The notes: generated by a model not told the origin, from the sequence alone. Shown: positions 1 through 9,418, numbered from the stretch's first letter. The stretch: 64,000 nt of DNA from an uncultured virus (IMG/VR IMGVR_UViG_3300027747_002957) (IMGVR_UViG_3300027747_002957), one strand, 5' to 3'. Made by a program: numbers and translations.

Positions 1-14
1 ACAAGGGCACCACC

Positions 15-998
15 GTGGCAGAGATGGAACAGAACTTCAGGGATGGTGCTGCGGTTGGTTTGGAAGCCTATACCAACTGGATAGTGGCCTATCCCGAGGA
101 AGGCTACCAAGACTTTGCCGACACCATGACCATGATATGGCGCAACAGGAACCACCGTATCACGGACATCAGCCCGGGCCAGGGCTACAACGTGGGCGTG
201 GACAGCATCGTGGGACAGAACCTCACCAAGCACAATCTCATGACAGAGTACTATCTGGGATCATGGATCACCAAGGACCTGCGCATGAGCAAGCTCAACA
301 AGTTCCTGCGAGTCAAGACCTTCAGCATGTTCCTGGACCACTTGGTCACTGACTTGGACATCGCCAAGAACACCAGGCACAATCTGCGCCAATGCTATGA
401 CATAGTGCTGGCGGATCCTCAGAGGCTGAACATCATTGAGTATGAGCAGTTTAACTATGACATCATACACACAGATCAGGGCGTGATTGCCAACAGCGTG
501 GCCAACGAGATCTGGCCACTGCTGCGCATGTTGTGGCGCACTCGCGGTGCCTACACTGCAGAGATAAGGTTTGATCCTGCCTGGGATCTGGCAGAGTTTG
601 GAGACAACGTGGCCTGCCCCATCACGGCCGTGTACAGGTTCGACATCAATGCCCAGGGTTCGTGGACAGCAGACTTTGACATAGGCTATCAGCAACCGCC
701 TCACACTGCAGGCATACCTCACAAGACACCAGACCAACCTTGGTGTGCCATAGATTTTGGCCGCAACAACAGCAACAGCGCCATCAGAGCTCGGCGACTG
801 GCTAGGCCTGATCTCAACGACCCTGCTGAAGGTTTCAATCCTGATGACTGGGCACGCATCATGGCCCAGCATGAAGAGATCAAGAACTTGGATCTCAGCT
901 TCCACGTCCAGTGGCATGGACAGGGCTATTGGGGCTCAAAGCCTCGCCGCAGTGGCATGTTCGCAGAGATGTTGGTGGCCTCAGGCCACCAACCTTGA
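15..998 (+). CDS. hypothetical protein (may start upstream of window)
   Basis: 327-aa ORF from the window edge; no family recognised. Confidence 0.7.
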   Translation: MAEMEQNFRDGAAVGLEAYTNWIVAYPEEGYQDFADTMTMIWRNRNHRITDISPGQGYNVGVDSIVGQNLTKHNLMTEYYLGSWITKDLRMSKLNKFLRVKTFSMFLDHLVTDLDIAKNTRHNLRQCYDIVLADPQRLNIIEYEQFNYDIIHTDQGVIANSVANEIWPLLRMLWRTRGAYTAEIRFDPAWDLAEFGDNVACPITAVYRFDINAQGSWTADFDIGYQQPPHTAGIPHKTPDQPWCAIDFGRNNSNSAIRARRLARPDLNDPAEGFNPDDWARIMAQHEEIKNLDLSFHVQWHGQGYWGSKPRRSGMFAEMLVASGHQP

Positions 999-1466
999 TC
1001 TCACGTCCTTGAGCCTATCAGCAGCCACGCTGGCAGCAAACGCATCAGGCTTGACGAAGGGTATGACGTTGCAGGTGCCTCGTATGTACCCTATGGCCTG
1101 CTGTATCACGCAGCTGCTGCCGTGCCTCTCGTCGGGATTGATGTCCAAATGCACTTCGATCTCGCGATTGGGCATGGCTTCGATCAGCTGCAGGTAGAGG
1201 TTGCTCACGCGATAGACCTCGTTCATCAGCCGCAGCTGTGGACGGTCCTTGCGCTGGTCATAGTCGATCTCACGATCTGCGCAGCCAAAGATCTTGCAGC
1301 CGTTGTTGCCATTCTTGTGAACCACCACGGCCAGGGTATAGTCCGCATGCCAACGGCCCTTGTGTATGAATCGCTCGCTGTCACAGCCAATGTAGAGGCG
1401 TGTGTTTGGTCCGCAGCTCTCAACGAAAGTGGCTATTTCCTGTATGTCGATCTCTCTTGGTAGCAT
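981..1466 (-). CDS. RNase H-like YkuK/DUF458 family protein
   Basis: Motifs YIGCDS, RLMNEV, EVHLDIN, KPDAFAAS..AD; start set at MLPREID after a GGGGGA RBS-like site. Confidence 0.85.
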   Translation of the reverse strand: MLPREIDIQEIATFVESCGPNTRLYIGCDSERFIHKGRWHADYTLAVVVHKNGNNGCKIFGCADREIDYDQRKDRPQLRLMNEVYRVSNLYLQLIEAMPNREIEVHLDINPDERHGSSCVIQQAIGYIRGTCNVIPFVKPDAFAASVAADRLKDVRSRLVA

Positions 1467-1467
1467 G

Positions 1468-1665
1468 CTATCCCCCATCGGTTTTGCCTGTGCTGGCAAG
1501 AGAACCAGCACGAGCCTGTGCGTTAGCCTGTTGATAGTATTCAACTTGGCGCAGATCGCGCGTGCGGAGGATCAATCGCCCTCCGCGGGTCACCGTGTAG
1601 TACCTCTTGCCGTGGCGCGAGTCGTACTGCAGTATCTCATAAGGTCTTGGACCTGTTTCTGGCAT
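1468..1665 (-). CDS. small hypothetical protein
   Basis: 65-aa ORF downstream of a TAAATA motif, abutting the next gene. Confidence 0.55.
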   Translation of the reverse strand: MPETGPRPYEILQYDSRHGKRYYTVTRGGRLILRTRDLRQVEYYQQANAQARAGSLASTGKTDGG

Positions 1666-1712
1666 AGCATGGTGACCACTGGATATTTATCTAGGGTTAG
1701 ATGACAAAATCG

Positions 1713-2099
1713 TTAATCGTCTTGCCCATGATCATCAGGGAACTCGTGTGCCAATCGCAGGGCATTCCACTGAGCAAATCCATACTCTTTGATACCAAGA
1801 TCAAGATCCGCATTGACCAGCATCACGTAGTCTCTGATCTGCTCAGCAGTGACGTCTTCCAGCCATTCCGTCATGCCAGGGCCAATGCCCCAGCGATGGT
1901 TACGGAAATGTCCTTTGATGCTGTCTTCCATCCAGCTGATGACCTTGGGATCTTCATGACCAGCCAACCAACTGAACGCTGCCTCCCAGGTTGGACCATA
2001 GGGCAGCTGGTACTTTCCAAGCCGTCCTCTGATGCTGCCGCTGATGCCAAACTTGTTGGCCGTACCCAGTGGTGGTGTGAGCGTGTAAAGCCAGTTCAT
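1713..2099 (-). CDS. GIY-YIG/T5orf172-like small nuclease-domain protein
   Basis: LY...NKFGIS....RL..YQ pattern; 4-nt overlap with upstream gene. Confidence 0.55.
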   Translation of the reverse strand: MNWLYTLTPPLGTANKFGISGSIRGRLGKYQLPYGPTWEAAFSWLAGHEDPKVISWMEDSIKGHFRNHRWGIGPGMTEWLEDVTAEQIRDYVMLVNADLDLGIKEYGFAQWNALRLAHEFPDDHGQDD

Positions 2100-3202
2100 G
2101 ACAATGCCGAGTCCCAGTTTCTGATCTTGTCCTTGCCCACAGACAGCTGCAGGTTCGTGGACACCAAACGCTTGATGCCGTTGCTGACAACCCAGTTCGG
2201 AGCCAGCTCAGTTTCTCCAGGGTTCTTGCCCTGGAGGCAGGCTTCCTTGATGGCCAGCTGCGCATCTCGAGCTTTCTTATAGCGGCTGCGCAACAGTGTG
2301 GCCACCTGATCCATCTCAGCTTCGGTCCAGGTGATATCATCCAGCTCATTGTCCTGCAGCACCATAGCAAAGCTTGTGCAGAGACAACCGTCGATGCTTT
2401 GGTGAAGGAAGTTACGCACATGCCATTTCAGCACGATCTCCAACAACCTGCCTGGATCGTTGCTGCCTTTGTCCAAGGCAAAGGTCTCATAGACTTCGTT
2501 GAGATTGTGGATGGCATTGGTGATCTTCATGCCGCTGCGTTTGACAAAAGCTGCGGTCTTGCGCACACGGGCGTCGATGAGATGCGCGGGGTAGATGCCG
2601 CATGCTACCTTGATCTTGTGCTGATCAAACACGTCACAGCCGCGCTTGTTGATAACGTTGATGTTGAGGAACATATGACCAGCGATGAACAATCCTTCCT
2701 TGAGCGTGGCCTCGCGGGTTCCCATGTCTGGGATGTCAGCCAACCAAAATGGCAGTTCTGTAATGCCCTGGCGAATGCGATTGGCACCAGTGTGAGTGCT
2801 GTCGCAATTGAGCACGATGTTGCCATACTTGTCAGGCATCTTCAGCCCCAGTCCAGTGGTGGCAAACTGATCGTACCAGGACTTTTCAATCTTGAGGCAG
2901 TGGTTTGGGCTGGTATCGCGGTTGAAAGCTGGATGCGTGTAGATGACGTCCTTGCTGACCAACTCAAATCTTGGTGTGAGATTCATCATCTGGAAGGCTG
3001 TCTTGACCCTGCCTTGCCAAGTACCGATTGCGGCATCTACTGCTGCTGCGATGTCAGCCATGGGGATCAGACCATCGGCATAGTTGAGGCTCATGTCCTC
3101 AGTGTCAATGTAGCTGGCGTCTAATGAGAAAGGTTTGCTGAACTTTTTCATGAAAGTAGCAATACCATTGTGCGGTGTTGCGCGACCTGCGTTGCGGGCC
3201 AT
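2096..3202 (-). CDS. hypothetical protein, possibly divergent ParB/DGQHR-like N-terminal domain
   Basis: 368 aa with its own promoter; FNR and DSTH in positions reminiscent of YQR/DGQH. Confidence 0.6.
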   Translation of the reverse strand: MARNAGRATPHNGIATFMKKFSKPFSLDASYIDTEDMSLNYADGLIPMADIAAAVDAAIGTWQGRVKTAFQMMNLTPRFELVSKDVIYTHPAFNRDTSPNHCLKIEKSWYDQFATTGLGLKMPDKYGNIVLNCDSTHTGANRIRQGITELPFWLADIPDMGTREATLKEGLFIAGHMFLNINVINKRGCDVFDQHKIKVACGIYPAHLIDARVRKTAAFVKRSGMKITNAIHNLNEVYETFALDKGSNDPGRLLEIVLKWHVRNFLHQSIDGCLCTSFAMVLQDNELDDITWTEAEMDQVATLLRSRYKKARDAQLAIKEACLQGKNPGETELAPNWVVSNGIKRLVSTNLQLSVGKDKIRNWDSALS

Positions 3203-3279
3203 TTCAGTCTCTCCGTTTGCTCTAACCCAGTGGGTTATCCAGTATGGCCCTGGGCACGATTGCCCTCGCCATGACTACA

Positions 3280-3307
3280 GTTATAGCACGTAAGAGCAAG
3301 CTGTCAA
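3280..3307 (-). promoter_or_regulatory. sigma70-type promoter TTGACA-N16-TATAAC
   Basis: Consensus -35 and TGn-extended -10 upstream of the 2096-3202 gene. Confidence 0.7.
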
Positions 3308-3350
3308 CAGCTATTTTACGGTAATCTCATGTTGAAATCTCTGGGAATTT

Positions 3351-3376
3351 TGGCGGTGAGGGAGGGATTCGAACCC
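3351..3376 (-). pseudogene. 3' fragment of a tRNA (Ser-like; T-arm + acceptor strand + CCA)
   Basis: GGGTTCGAATCCCTCCCTCACCGCCA with no matching 5' half. Confidence 0.7.
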
Positions 3377-3389
3377 AACTAACGAGTTT

Positions 3390-3477
3390 TGGCGGAGCCC
3401 CAGGGAATCGAACCCTGTCAACCCTCACGGGTTGTACGGCTTAGCAAGCCGCTGCATTACCGTCCTGCCCGGACTCC
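3390..3477 (-). tRNA. tRNA-Ser(GCT)
   Basis: Cloverleaf, GCGGC-TTGCTAA-GCCGT, long variable arm, GCCA end. Confidence 0.95.
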
Positions 3478-3903
3478 TTACCACAATCTCATCTCGTCTA
3501 ATAACTCACTATATACTGGAGCTGGCTTTTTGTCAACGTTTATTGTCTTCTTGCCCTGTGATTTTCGCACAATAAAGCTTTTTTTATCCGCAGCTATATC
3601 GCATATTGGATAATAGCAAACACAATCTACATCTGGAATATAGATAGCATAAGCATCTATTGCTGTGCGATTTATTGGAATTTTTTTACCGTTTACTATA
3701 CTAAAAAGTTCTAAATGTATCTGATCTACTTTATCAAATGCTCTATATTTGACCTGTAAGCGTCTAACTTGATAATCTTTATTCACTACTATCAAATCAA
3801 CGGCGCTGAAATCATTAAAAGGCGTAAAGCATTCGTAGCCTTTACGGTTTAGATCCCTGATAACTTCTATTAAACCTGTTACACCTTTTTCGTTCACGTT
3901 CAT
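3478..3903 (-). CDS. PD-(D/E)XK endonuclease (group I intron-associated/PDDEXK_5-like, putative homing endonuclease)
   Basis: KG..G...V...L..KGY...P......DLIV......RLQVK pattern; visibly AT-rich relative to flanks. Confidence 0.8.
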   Translation of the reverse strand: MNVNEKGVTGLIEVIRDLNRKGYECFTPFNDFSAVDLIVVNKDYQVRRLQVKYRAFDKVDQIHLELFSIVNGKKIPINRTAIDAYAIYIPDVDCVCYYPICDIAADKKSFIVRKSQGKKTINVDKKPAPVYSELLDEMRLW

Positions 3904-3950
3904 AGTTCACCTCTGCTGTATTTATGCAGTCAGTGACGCAATGTGTGCTT

Positions 3951-4160
3951 TCAGGCGTAGGTCTCTGAGGCGCTGGGCCCTGTGCTGGATGCGCTGTGAA
4001 CCAGCTCACCGCTGTCCACGTGATAGATCTTGGTGGTCTGAGCGCCAGTCTGCCTGCTGTAGTGCAGAGCATGTTCCAAGCTGTCAAAGAACTCTTCGAA
4101 CACGGTGAGGATACCGCCGCGCCATATATGGCTCTTGACTGAATGTTTGTGCTTGCTCAT
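3951..4160 (-). CDS. small hypothetical protein
   Basis: ORF MSKHKHSVKSH... 4 nt after the upstream stop. Confidence 0.6.
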   Translation of the reverse strand: MSKHKHSVKSHIWRGGILTVFEEFFDSLEHALHYSRQTGAQTTKIYHVDSGELVHSASSTGPSASETYA

Positions 4161-4164
4161 GTGA

Positions 4165-5220
4165 TTATTTAGCAGTGAAATATCTCTGCCACAGGCGCTG
4201 AGTCTCACGACCATAGCTGCTGAGCCTGTGCTGCTGCCAGCGAGTGTTGAGCCAAGGCAGCTCCCAGCTGAGGTGCAGCTTGCGCACCATGTCAGCACTG
4301 CTGGTTGGATCAGCAGCAAACAGCCCCACACCCCAGGGTATCTCAGCACTGCCCACCAGAGGCACGCCTTGGCTGATCAGATCAGCTCCCACGATGTTGA
4401 ATGTTTCACTGAAGCTGACCTGCATGCCTAGATCCATGCTGGCACACAGCTCTAGGAACCTGTCTCTGGGTGTCCAATCATGTGCGATCAGCCTGTGGCC
4501 TGTGGGATGCAGCTGTTCAAAGAGGTTCTGCAGGTTACGCATGATGGGCTCGCCCTTGCCCTCGATCCTGCCACTGTTGATGTGGAACCGCAGCTTCTTG
4601 CCCATGCGGTTGGCAAACTCCAGCGCGGCTATGGCCTGCAGCAGATGATTTTTCAATGGACGCACTGCGCCAAAGCAGCTGATGTCCAGGCTGGGCTTGC
4701 GATGGTCAAACTGTTTGGTCTTGTGGCCTTCGGGATAGTAGTTGGGCAGGTATATCACCCTGTCTCTGGTCTGTTGAACAGTCCAACGGTTGCGCGTGGC
4801 TATGATGTCTGAGACTTCTCGCAGCATGCGGGGTGCGTTGCAGGCTATTACCACGTTGGCAAAGCTGCTGTAGTCGCAGAGCCAGTCCATGGCCATGCCT
4901 TCCATGGCCATGAAGGGCATGTCGCTGTGCAGTCGTATGATCCATGTCACAGCAGGGTGTAGGCGCTGCAGCACCGCAAACTTGCTGGGCACTACCCAGA
5001 GCGCTTCTATGATCACGTGGGAAGGTTGATAGGCTGTGACTTCTCTGTCGATGTCATTGTTGTCTGTGACTACCACCAGCTTGCTGTCAATGCCGCCGTC
5101 TGCGAGCATTTGGTCCACGAAGCTGGCTGAATTGAACAGTCCGGTGCTGAGTCCAACATGATTGTGTGTGACTGCGTTGTAGTCTTCTCTGCGCTTGAGT
5201 ATGAACAGTACCTTGGCCAA
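4165..5220 (-). CDS. GT-B (GT4-like) glycosyltransferase
   Basis: FGAVRPLKN and SETFNIVGAD....GVP resemble GT4 C-terminal motifs. Confidence 0.7.
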   Translation of the reverse strand: MAKVLFILKRREDYNAVTHNHVGLSTGLFNSASFVDQMLADGGIDSKLVVVTDNNDIDREVTAYQPSHVIIEALWVVPSKFAVLQRLHPAVTWIIRLHSDMPFMAMEGMAMDWLCDYSSFANVVIACNAPRMLREVSDIIATRNRWTVQQTRDRVIYLPNYYPEGHKTKQFDHRKPSLDISCFGAVRPLKNHLLQAIAALEFANRMGKKLRFHINSGRIEGKGEPIMRNLQNLFEQLHPTGHRLIAHDWTPRDRFLELCASMDLGMQVSFSETFNIVGADLISQGVPLVGSAEIPWGVGLFAADPTSSADMVRKLHLSWELPWLNTRWQQHRLSSYGRETQRLWQRYFTAK

Positions 5221-5295
5221 AGCCTTCTCCCTGATGCTTTGCCGTACTTATACCATGGTCAGCGTCATATTAGTGTAGTAATTCTCAGCTGTTTA

Positions 5296-5369
5296 TGGTG
5301 CTCCCAGCAGGTACCGCCCCTGCGTTTCCGCATTACCAATACGGTGTAATACTTTTATACTATGAGAGC
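5296..5369 (-). tRNA. tRNA-Thr(GGT)
   Basis: CCGTA-TTGGTAA-TGCGG; atypical T-loop GGCGGTA; ACCA end. Confidence 0.85.
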
Positions 5370-5789
5370 TTATCGCTTGGTCTCTGCTGCCAATGATTTA
5401 TACCCGCTAGCAGTGGGATGTATCTGATCCTTGGCAAGATCCTTGGATGGTATCTCTATGATGCCGTCCCTGAACTGATCAGCCACGGACAGCACTGCGG
5501 TGCGTGCTTCGTTAAACCTTGGCTGTGGCACTATCCACAGCACCCTGTCTGCTCTGATCTTGTTGCGCACCAGCTCAAGATAGCTAAAGCTGGGTACCAA
5601 GCTGAGATCATTGGTGCCCAGGCTGATAACCACGGTGTGGTATTCCATCATGTCTATCAATGGACGGTGGCCATTGTGCTGCCACCAATCCCTGCTGTTG
5701 ATCCCAGGTTTGACCATGCTCACGCACTCAGGCCTCGCGGCTGAGATACCTGCTGCTATGCTGTCACCCAGGATCAGGCATTCCAACAT
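5370..5789 (-). CDS. SGNH/GDSL hydrolase family protein
   Basis: ILGDSIA, SLGTND, DQIHP motifs. Confidence 0.8.
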   Translation of the reverse strand: MLECLILGDSIAAGISAARPECVSMVKPGINSRDWWQHNGHRPLIDMMEYHTVVISLGTNDLSLVPSFSYLELVRNKIRADRVLWIVPQPRFNEARTAVLSVADQFRDGIIEIPSKDLAKDQIHPTASGYKSLAAETKR

Positions 5790-6004
5790 CAGCTGCGTTC
5801 CATGTCCGCTGCTTCGCGGATCACAGTGACCAGATCTTCGATAGTGGAGACCATGATCTTGGCAGTGATCCACTCGTCGTTGTCATCGCGACCACCTGCT
5901 TCTACCATGAAGCCGTTATCATAGAGGTTTACTGTGAAGCTGTCGTTGATCTTGGTCAGCTTGTCGCTCAGGGTCTTTACAGTTTTCTTTGGCGATTTAG
6001 CCAT
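5789..6004 (-). CDS. small hypothetical protein
   Basis: 71 aa, AAGGAG RBS, TGATG coupling to next gene. Confidence 0.75.
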   Translation of the reverse strand: MAKSPKKTVKTLSDKLTKINDSFTVNLYDNGFMVEAGGRDDNDEWITAKIMVSTIEDLVTVIREAADMERS

Positions 6005-6064
6005 GTGCTAGCTCCTTATGGTGGTTGTCAGTCTGATACATTATACCGCGCAAGGTGCGCTTGT

Positions 6065-6679
6065 CTAGAGCAGGTTGATGCCAAATGCCTGCTCGGCCAG
6101 CTCGGTCATGCCATGGAACAGGTAATAGATGGCCATGGCCAGCAGCGCGTAGCCTACGTAGCGAAACATGATGCGATTGATCAGGCTCTTGGTCGTCTTG
6201 TTGGCCAGGGACACGGACCAAATCAGCAGCAGCATGGCAGGTAGTCCCAGCAGCAACCCCTGCACTACGCCAGCAGGGTCAGAATGTATCTCGCTGCCCA
6301 GGAACACCGTGGATTCCAAGGCTTCGCGCAGGCAGATCAAAAACACCGTGAGCTGCACTGTCCAGATGCTGCCGTCTCTGACTTGGTCGGCATGGGCCTT
6401 GGCATGCTGGAAGATGGCCCTGCTGTTGAAGAATATGTAGAGCAGCACCAGCGCAGTCACGATCATCATCACATGCTCTATATGTTCGATATAGGGCCAT
6501 ATGATGTCCACGGCAAACCATCCCGCGATCAGCGTGATGCACCACGTGACCAGGAAGTTGATGTTGATGCTGCGCCTATGGTGCTCTGGCAAGGCAGCGG
6601 CAATCATGCTGGTCAGCAGCACGCTCTCGAAACCTTCCCTGACTAGCACGAGTGCGGTGCTGGCTACGGTGCTTATCAT
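6065..6679 (-). CDS. FTR1/EfeU-like iron permease
   Basis: Two RExxE motifs (REGFE, REALE) in a multi-TM protein. Confidence 0.75.
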   Translation of the reverse strand: MISTVASTALVLVREGFESVLLTSMIAAALPEHHRRSININFLVTWCITLIAGWFAVDIIWPYIEHIEHVMMIVTALVLLYIFFNSRAIFQHAKAHADQVRDGSIWTVQLTVFLICLREALESTVFLGSEIHSDPAGVVQGLLLGLPAMLLLIWSVSLANKTTKSLINRIMFRYVGYALLAMAIYYLFHGMTELAEQAFGINLL

Positions 6680-6696
6680 TTTGCGGTCCTCTAATT

Positions 6697-6773
6697 TGGC
6701 GTCCACGGGGTGACTCGAACACCCAACCTGCGGTTTAGGAAACCGCCGCTCTATCCTGTTGAGCCACGTGGAC
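6697..6773 (-). tRNA. tRNA-Arg(CCT)
   Basis: GCGGT-TTCCTAA-ACCGC, CCA end. Confidence 0.95.
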
Positions 6774-6811
6774 TTAGCCACGATTATAGCGCCAATCGCA
6801 GCTGTGTCTAG

Positions 6812-6887
6812 TGGTACCCACGGAGAGACTCGAACTCTCACTGAGGAGATTTTAAGTCTCCTGCCTCTGCCTTTGGGCTACGTGGGC
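6812..6887 (-). tRNA. tRNA-Leu(TAA), short variable loop
   Basis: GGAGA-CTTAAAA-TCTCC, CCA end. Confidence 0.9.
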
Positions 6888-6892
6888 TCAGT

Positions 6893-6968
6893 TGGTAGAC
6901 CCAGCCGGGTTCGAACCGGCGACACCCTGATTAAAAGTCAGGAGCTCTACCTGCTGAGCTATGGGTCT
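6893..6968 (-). tRNA. tRNA-Lys(TTT)
   Basis: CCTGA-CTTTTAA-TCAGG, CCA end. Confidence 0.95.
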
Positions 6969-6978
6969 GTGAGATGCG

Positions 6979-7005
6979 ACAGCAGGGGCTTTTGGCCCCT
7001 GCTGT
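6979..7005. terminator. GC-rich hairpin (terminator or processing stem)
   Basis: ACAGCAGGGG...CCCCTGCTGT inverted repeat; T-rich tail only on + strand. Confidence 0.45.
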
Positions 7006-7031
7006 TTGGTTTGATTAATTTTTGACTGGGA

Positions 7032-7241
7032 TCAGATGTGATAGGTTGCTCTGCGATCCTCATGATCGCGTTGCTTGTTCACGCTCTGCTTGGCGATGCG
7101 ATAGATGTCGCAACGGCTCATGCCCAGATCAGCTAGCTCCCTGTTGCTGAGCCTGCTGAGCTCGTTGACCGTGCGGTTGACCCTGCACCAGTCGTTGATC
7201 TTGACTATCTGCTTGTTGATCATCGTGATTATCATGTCCAT
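7032..7241 (-). CDS. DUF1127 (YjiS-like) small protein
   Basis: RT.NELSRLS.RELADLG.SR.DI motif; AGAGGA RBS. Confidence 0.9.
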   Translation of the reverse strand: MDMIITMINKQIVKINDWCRVNRTVNELSRLSNRELADLGMSRCDIYRIAKQSVNKQRDHEDRRATYHI

Positions 7242-7383
7242 GTGTCCTCTGTGTGTTTGGCAAGTGCCTTCTCTCATATATATCACCTTGCGGTGCACAA
7301 CACAACTGTGTGCAGCGCATGACTGTGTTGCGTGCTGCGCGGACACATGCGTTTTGGTTATGGCTCACACGGATTAGAGCATG

Positions 7384-7459
7384 TGGCTGGGGAAGTAGGA
7401 CTCGAACCTACAGCCTTGGGATTCAAAGTCCCCTGCGCCACCAATTGCGCCATTCCCCA
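7384..7459 (-). tRNA. tRNA-Gln(TTG)
   Basis: GGGGA-CTTTGAA-TCCCA, U1-A72, GCCA end. Confidence 0.93.
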
Positions 7460-7478
7460 ATGATGTGTTTGAAAAGGT

Positions 7479-7553
7479 TGGCTGGGGAACAAGGGTTCGA
7501 ACCTCGAATGGCGGAGTCAGAATCCGCAGTTATACCAGTTTAACTATTCCCCA
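7479..7553 (-). tRNA. tRNA-Gln(CTG)
   Basis: GCGGA-TTCTGAC-TCCGC, GCCA end. Confidence 0.95.
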
Positions 7554-7556
7554 ACT

Positions 7557-7640
7557 TGGCGGAGGTACAAGGAATCGAACCATCAACCTTGCGGTGGCGC
7601 GGTTTTCAAGACCGCTTGAGCACCTTGCTCGCATACCTCC
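7557..7640 (-). tRNA. tRNA-Ser(TGA)
   Basis: GCGGT-CTTGAAA-ACCGC, long variable arm, GCCA end. Confidence 0.92.
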
Positions 7641-7669
7641 AAAAAGCAGAAATGGCCCCATTAGAGCCA

Positions 7670-8570
7670 CTTTGCGGACGCTGAGATTACACGTCTTACA
7701 TCTATGCCTCGGGCATTATCACTGGCCTTGCGAGCCGCTTTCTCCCGACATCCACCCTGTGCTGTGACCAGTCACTGGGTCCATAGACAATGTCGCCGTT
7801 TATAAGGTCAGGCAGTAGACCTGTCGCTGGATGCTACTCCACACAATCCATCCCGTTAGCCTTGCGAGCTATTCACGACCGCTAAGTCGTTACGAACCCC
7901 CATGTATGAACCAGATAGGCCTTGCGAGCTTTCTCTGGACTTGGTTAGCTTGCGCCCCAAGCGTTTGACATCTTACACATCCAACCGAAGTAGACTTTGC
8001 GTTTTTCAACAGAGGGAATTGAACCCACTACCGATCCTTTATGCTAGGATTGCTCTACCAAATGAGCTATGTGCAAACCCACAACGACGTGCTACTTCAG
8101 CTGCTGAATGGAGTTTTGCCCCACTCAATACAACACGCCGCATACCTTTCACCTGCCGGCTACTCCGTGGTATTTTGCGACAACTGACGCGCTCCTCCTC
8201 GGGCGCACCAATCACCACGCATACTGCGCTCTAGCCCTTGCCTGCGAAGCTCGGACACGAACACTACCCTTTCTCATACCAGTTGGCTGGTTGGTCTGTT
8301 GTGAGGTCAGCACCACCTGTTACTCTCCGGACGCCTGCGTTACCCTTGCGGGCGCTTGAACATCCGTTCTCTCCACAACACCAGCTTCATTGTTACCTCA
8401 GCCGTTTGATGAGCTAAGGCCCTGTTTCCAGGGTGAGCAGGCTTGCTTAGATGGACTGTTCGCACAGCGCTGGTATGTGAGCATTCCAGCTTTGGGCGCA
8501 TCACTGCGCTTATCCTATTGAGGCCAAGCCCCCAATTTCTGCGCTGTGAACGTTGCCGTGCTCAGCGTCT
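7670..8570 (-). ncRNA. large ornate ncRNA, probably GOLLD
   Basis: ~900 nt with no credible CDS between tRNAs; many GNRA-capped hairpins (GCTCGCAAGGC three times); internal tRNA-like element; 3' TGTAATCTCAG; own promoter. Ends approximate. Confidence 0.75.
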
Positions 8571-8578
8571 ATAGAATT

Positions 8579-8606
8579 ACTATAACACCGCTGTGATCGT
8601 TGTCAA
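8579..8606 (-). promoter_or_regulatory. sigma70-type promoter TTGACA-N16-TATAGT for the large ncRNA
   Basis: Consensus -35 and TGn-extended -10. Confidence 0.75.
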
Positions 8607-8626
8607 CGGGTATAGTGAAAAACTTT

Positions 8627-8702
8627 TGGCGCTCTCCCCAAGCTTCGAACTTGGAACTGGAGTTTCGTAGACTCCTGTGATATCCAGTTTCACCAAGAGA
8701 GC
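8627..8702 (-). tRNA. tRNA-Arg(ACG)
   Basis: GGAGT-CTACGAA-ACTCC, CCA end. Confidence 0.93.
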
Positions 8703-8706
8703 ATGA

Positions 8707-8782
8707 TGGTGCCCAAGGAGGGACTCGAACCCCCAACTGACTGTTTTTGAAACAGCCTCCTCTGCCATTGGGATACTTGGGC
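8707..8782 (-). tRNA. tRNA-Leu(CAA), short variable loop
   Basis: GCTGT-TTCAAAA-ACAGT, CCA end. Confidence 0.9.
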
Positions 8783-8795
8783 TGATAAGTAATCC

Positions 8796-9404
8796 ATGTA
8801 TTGTTCACATGGGCAAGATACCTGGATACGTGATTTCTTCGGGTCGCAAGTGGGCCGATGCTTGGAAATCGGAGCCCATGACGGACTGGCACAGAGTCAA
8901 ACGCTTAATCTCATAGAATCAGGATGGCATGCTGTGCTGGTAGAACCACACGAAGCCAACTGCCGTAGCATGCGCCAGCTTTACGAATCTCGCGGTGTCA
9001 TGGAACGCTGCACCATCATTCAGGCTGCTATAGTGCGCCCAGAATATCAGGGAGACACCGTTACCATTTATGACAAGCAGGATCCACATGGCCCTAATGG
9101 TCCAAGCCGCAAGAGCAGCATACGCAGCGATTGGTGGTATGAGTCTGAGCTATCCAATCTATATCAAACGGATGTTCCCTGCCTCACTTCAAAGAATCTG
9201 ATCAAGCAGATAGGCATGGAGATTGACTTCGTGACCATCGACGCGGAAGGACTCAGCTTTGAGATAGCGCGCCGCATGCCGTGGGCAAAGATGCCAACCA
9301 GGCTGCTGAGCGTAGAATCACCCCGAGACTGCATATCAATGATCGAATCTCAGGGTTGGCGCTGCTGCGAGATATTCCAAAACGATCTGTTTTTCACGCG
9401 CTGA
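8796..9404 (+). CDS. FkbM family methyltransferase
   Basis: SHGQD, LEIGAHDG, LVEP, IDAEG motifs. Confidence 0.85.
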   Translation: MYCSHGQDTWIRDFFGSQVGRCLEIGAHDGLAQSQTLNLIESGWHAVLVEPHEANCRSMRQLYESRGVMERCTIIQAAIVRPEYQGDTVTIYDKQDPHGPNGPSRKSSIRSDWWYESELSNLYQTDVPCLTSKNLIKQIGMEIDFVTIDAEGLSFEIARRMPWAKMPTRLLSVESPRDCISMIESQGWRCCEIFQNDLFFTR

Positions 9405-9418
9405 AACAGCACTGTGAA

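Noticed and set aside
7465..8892. Short ORFs over tRNAs and the large ncRNA
   Set aside because: They overlap structured RNA genes and lack RBS or protein motifs
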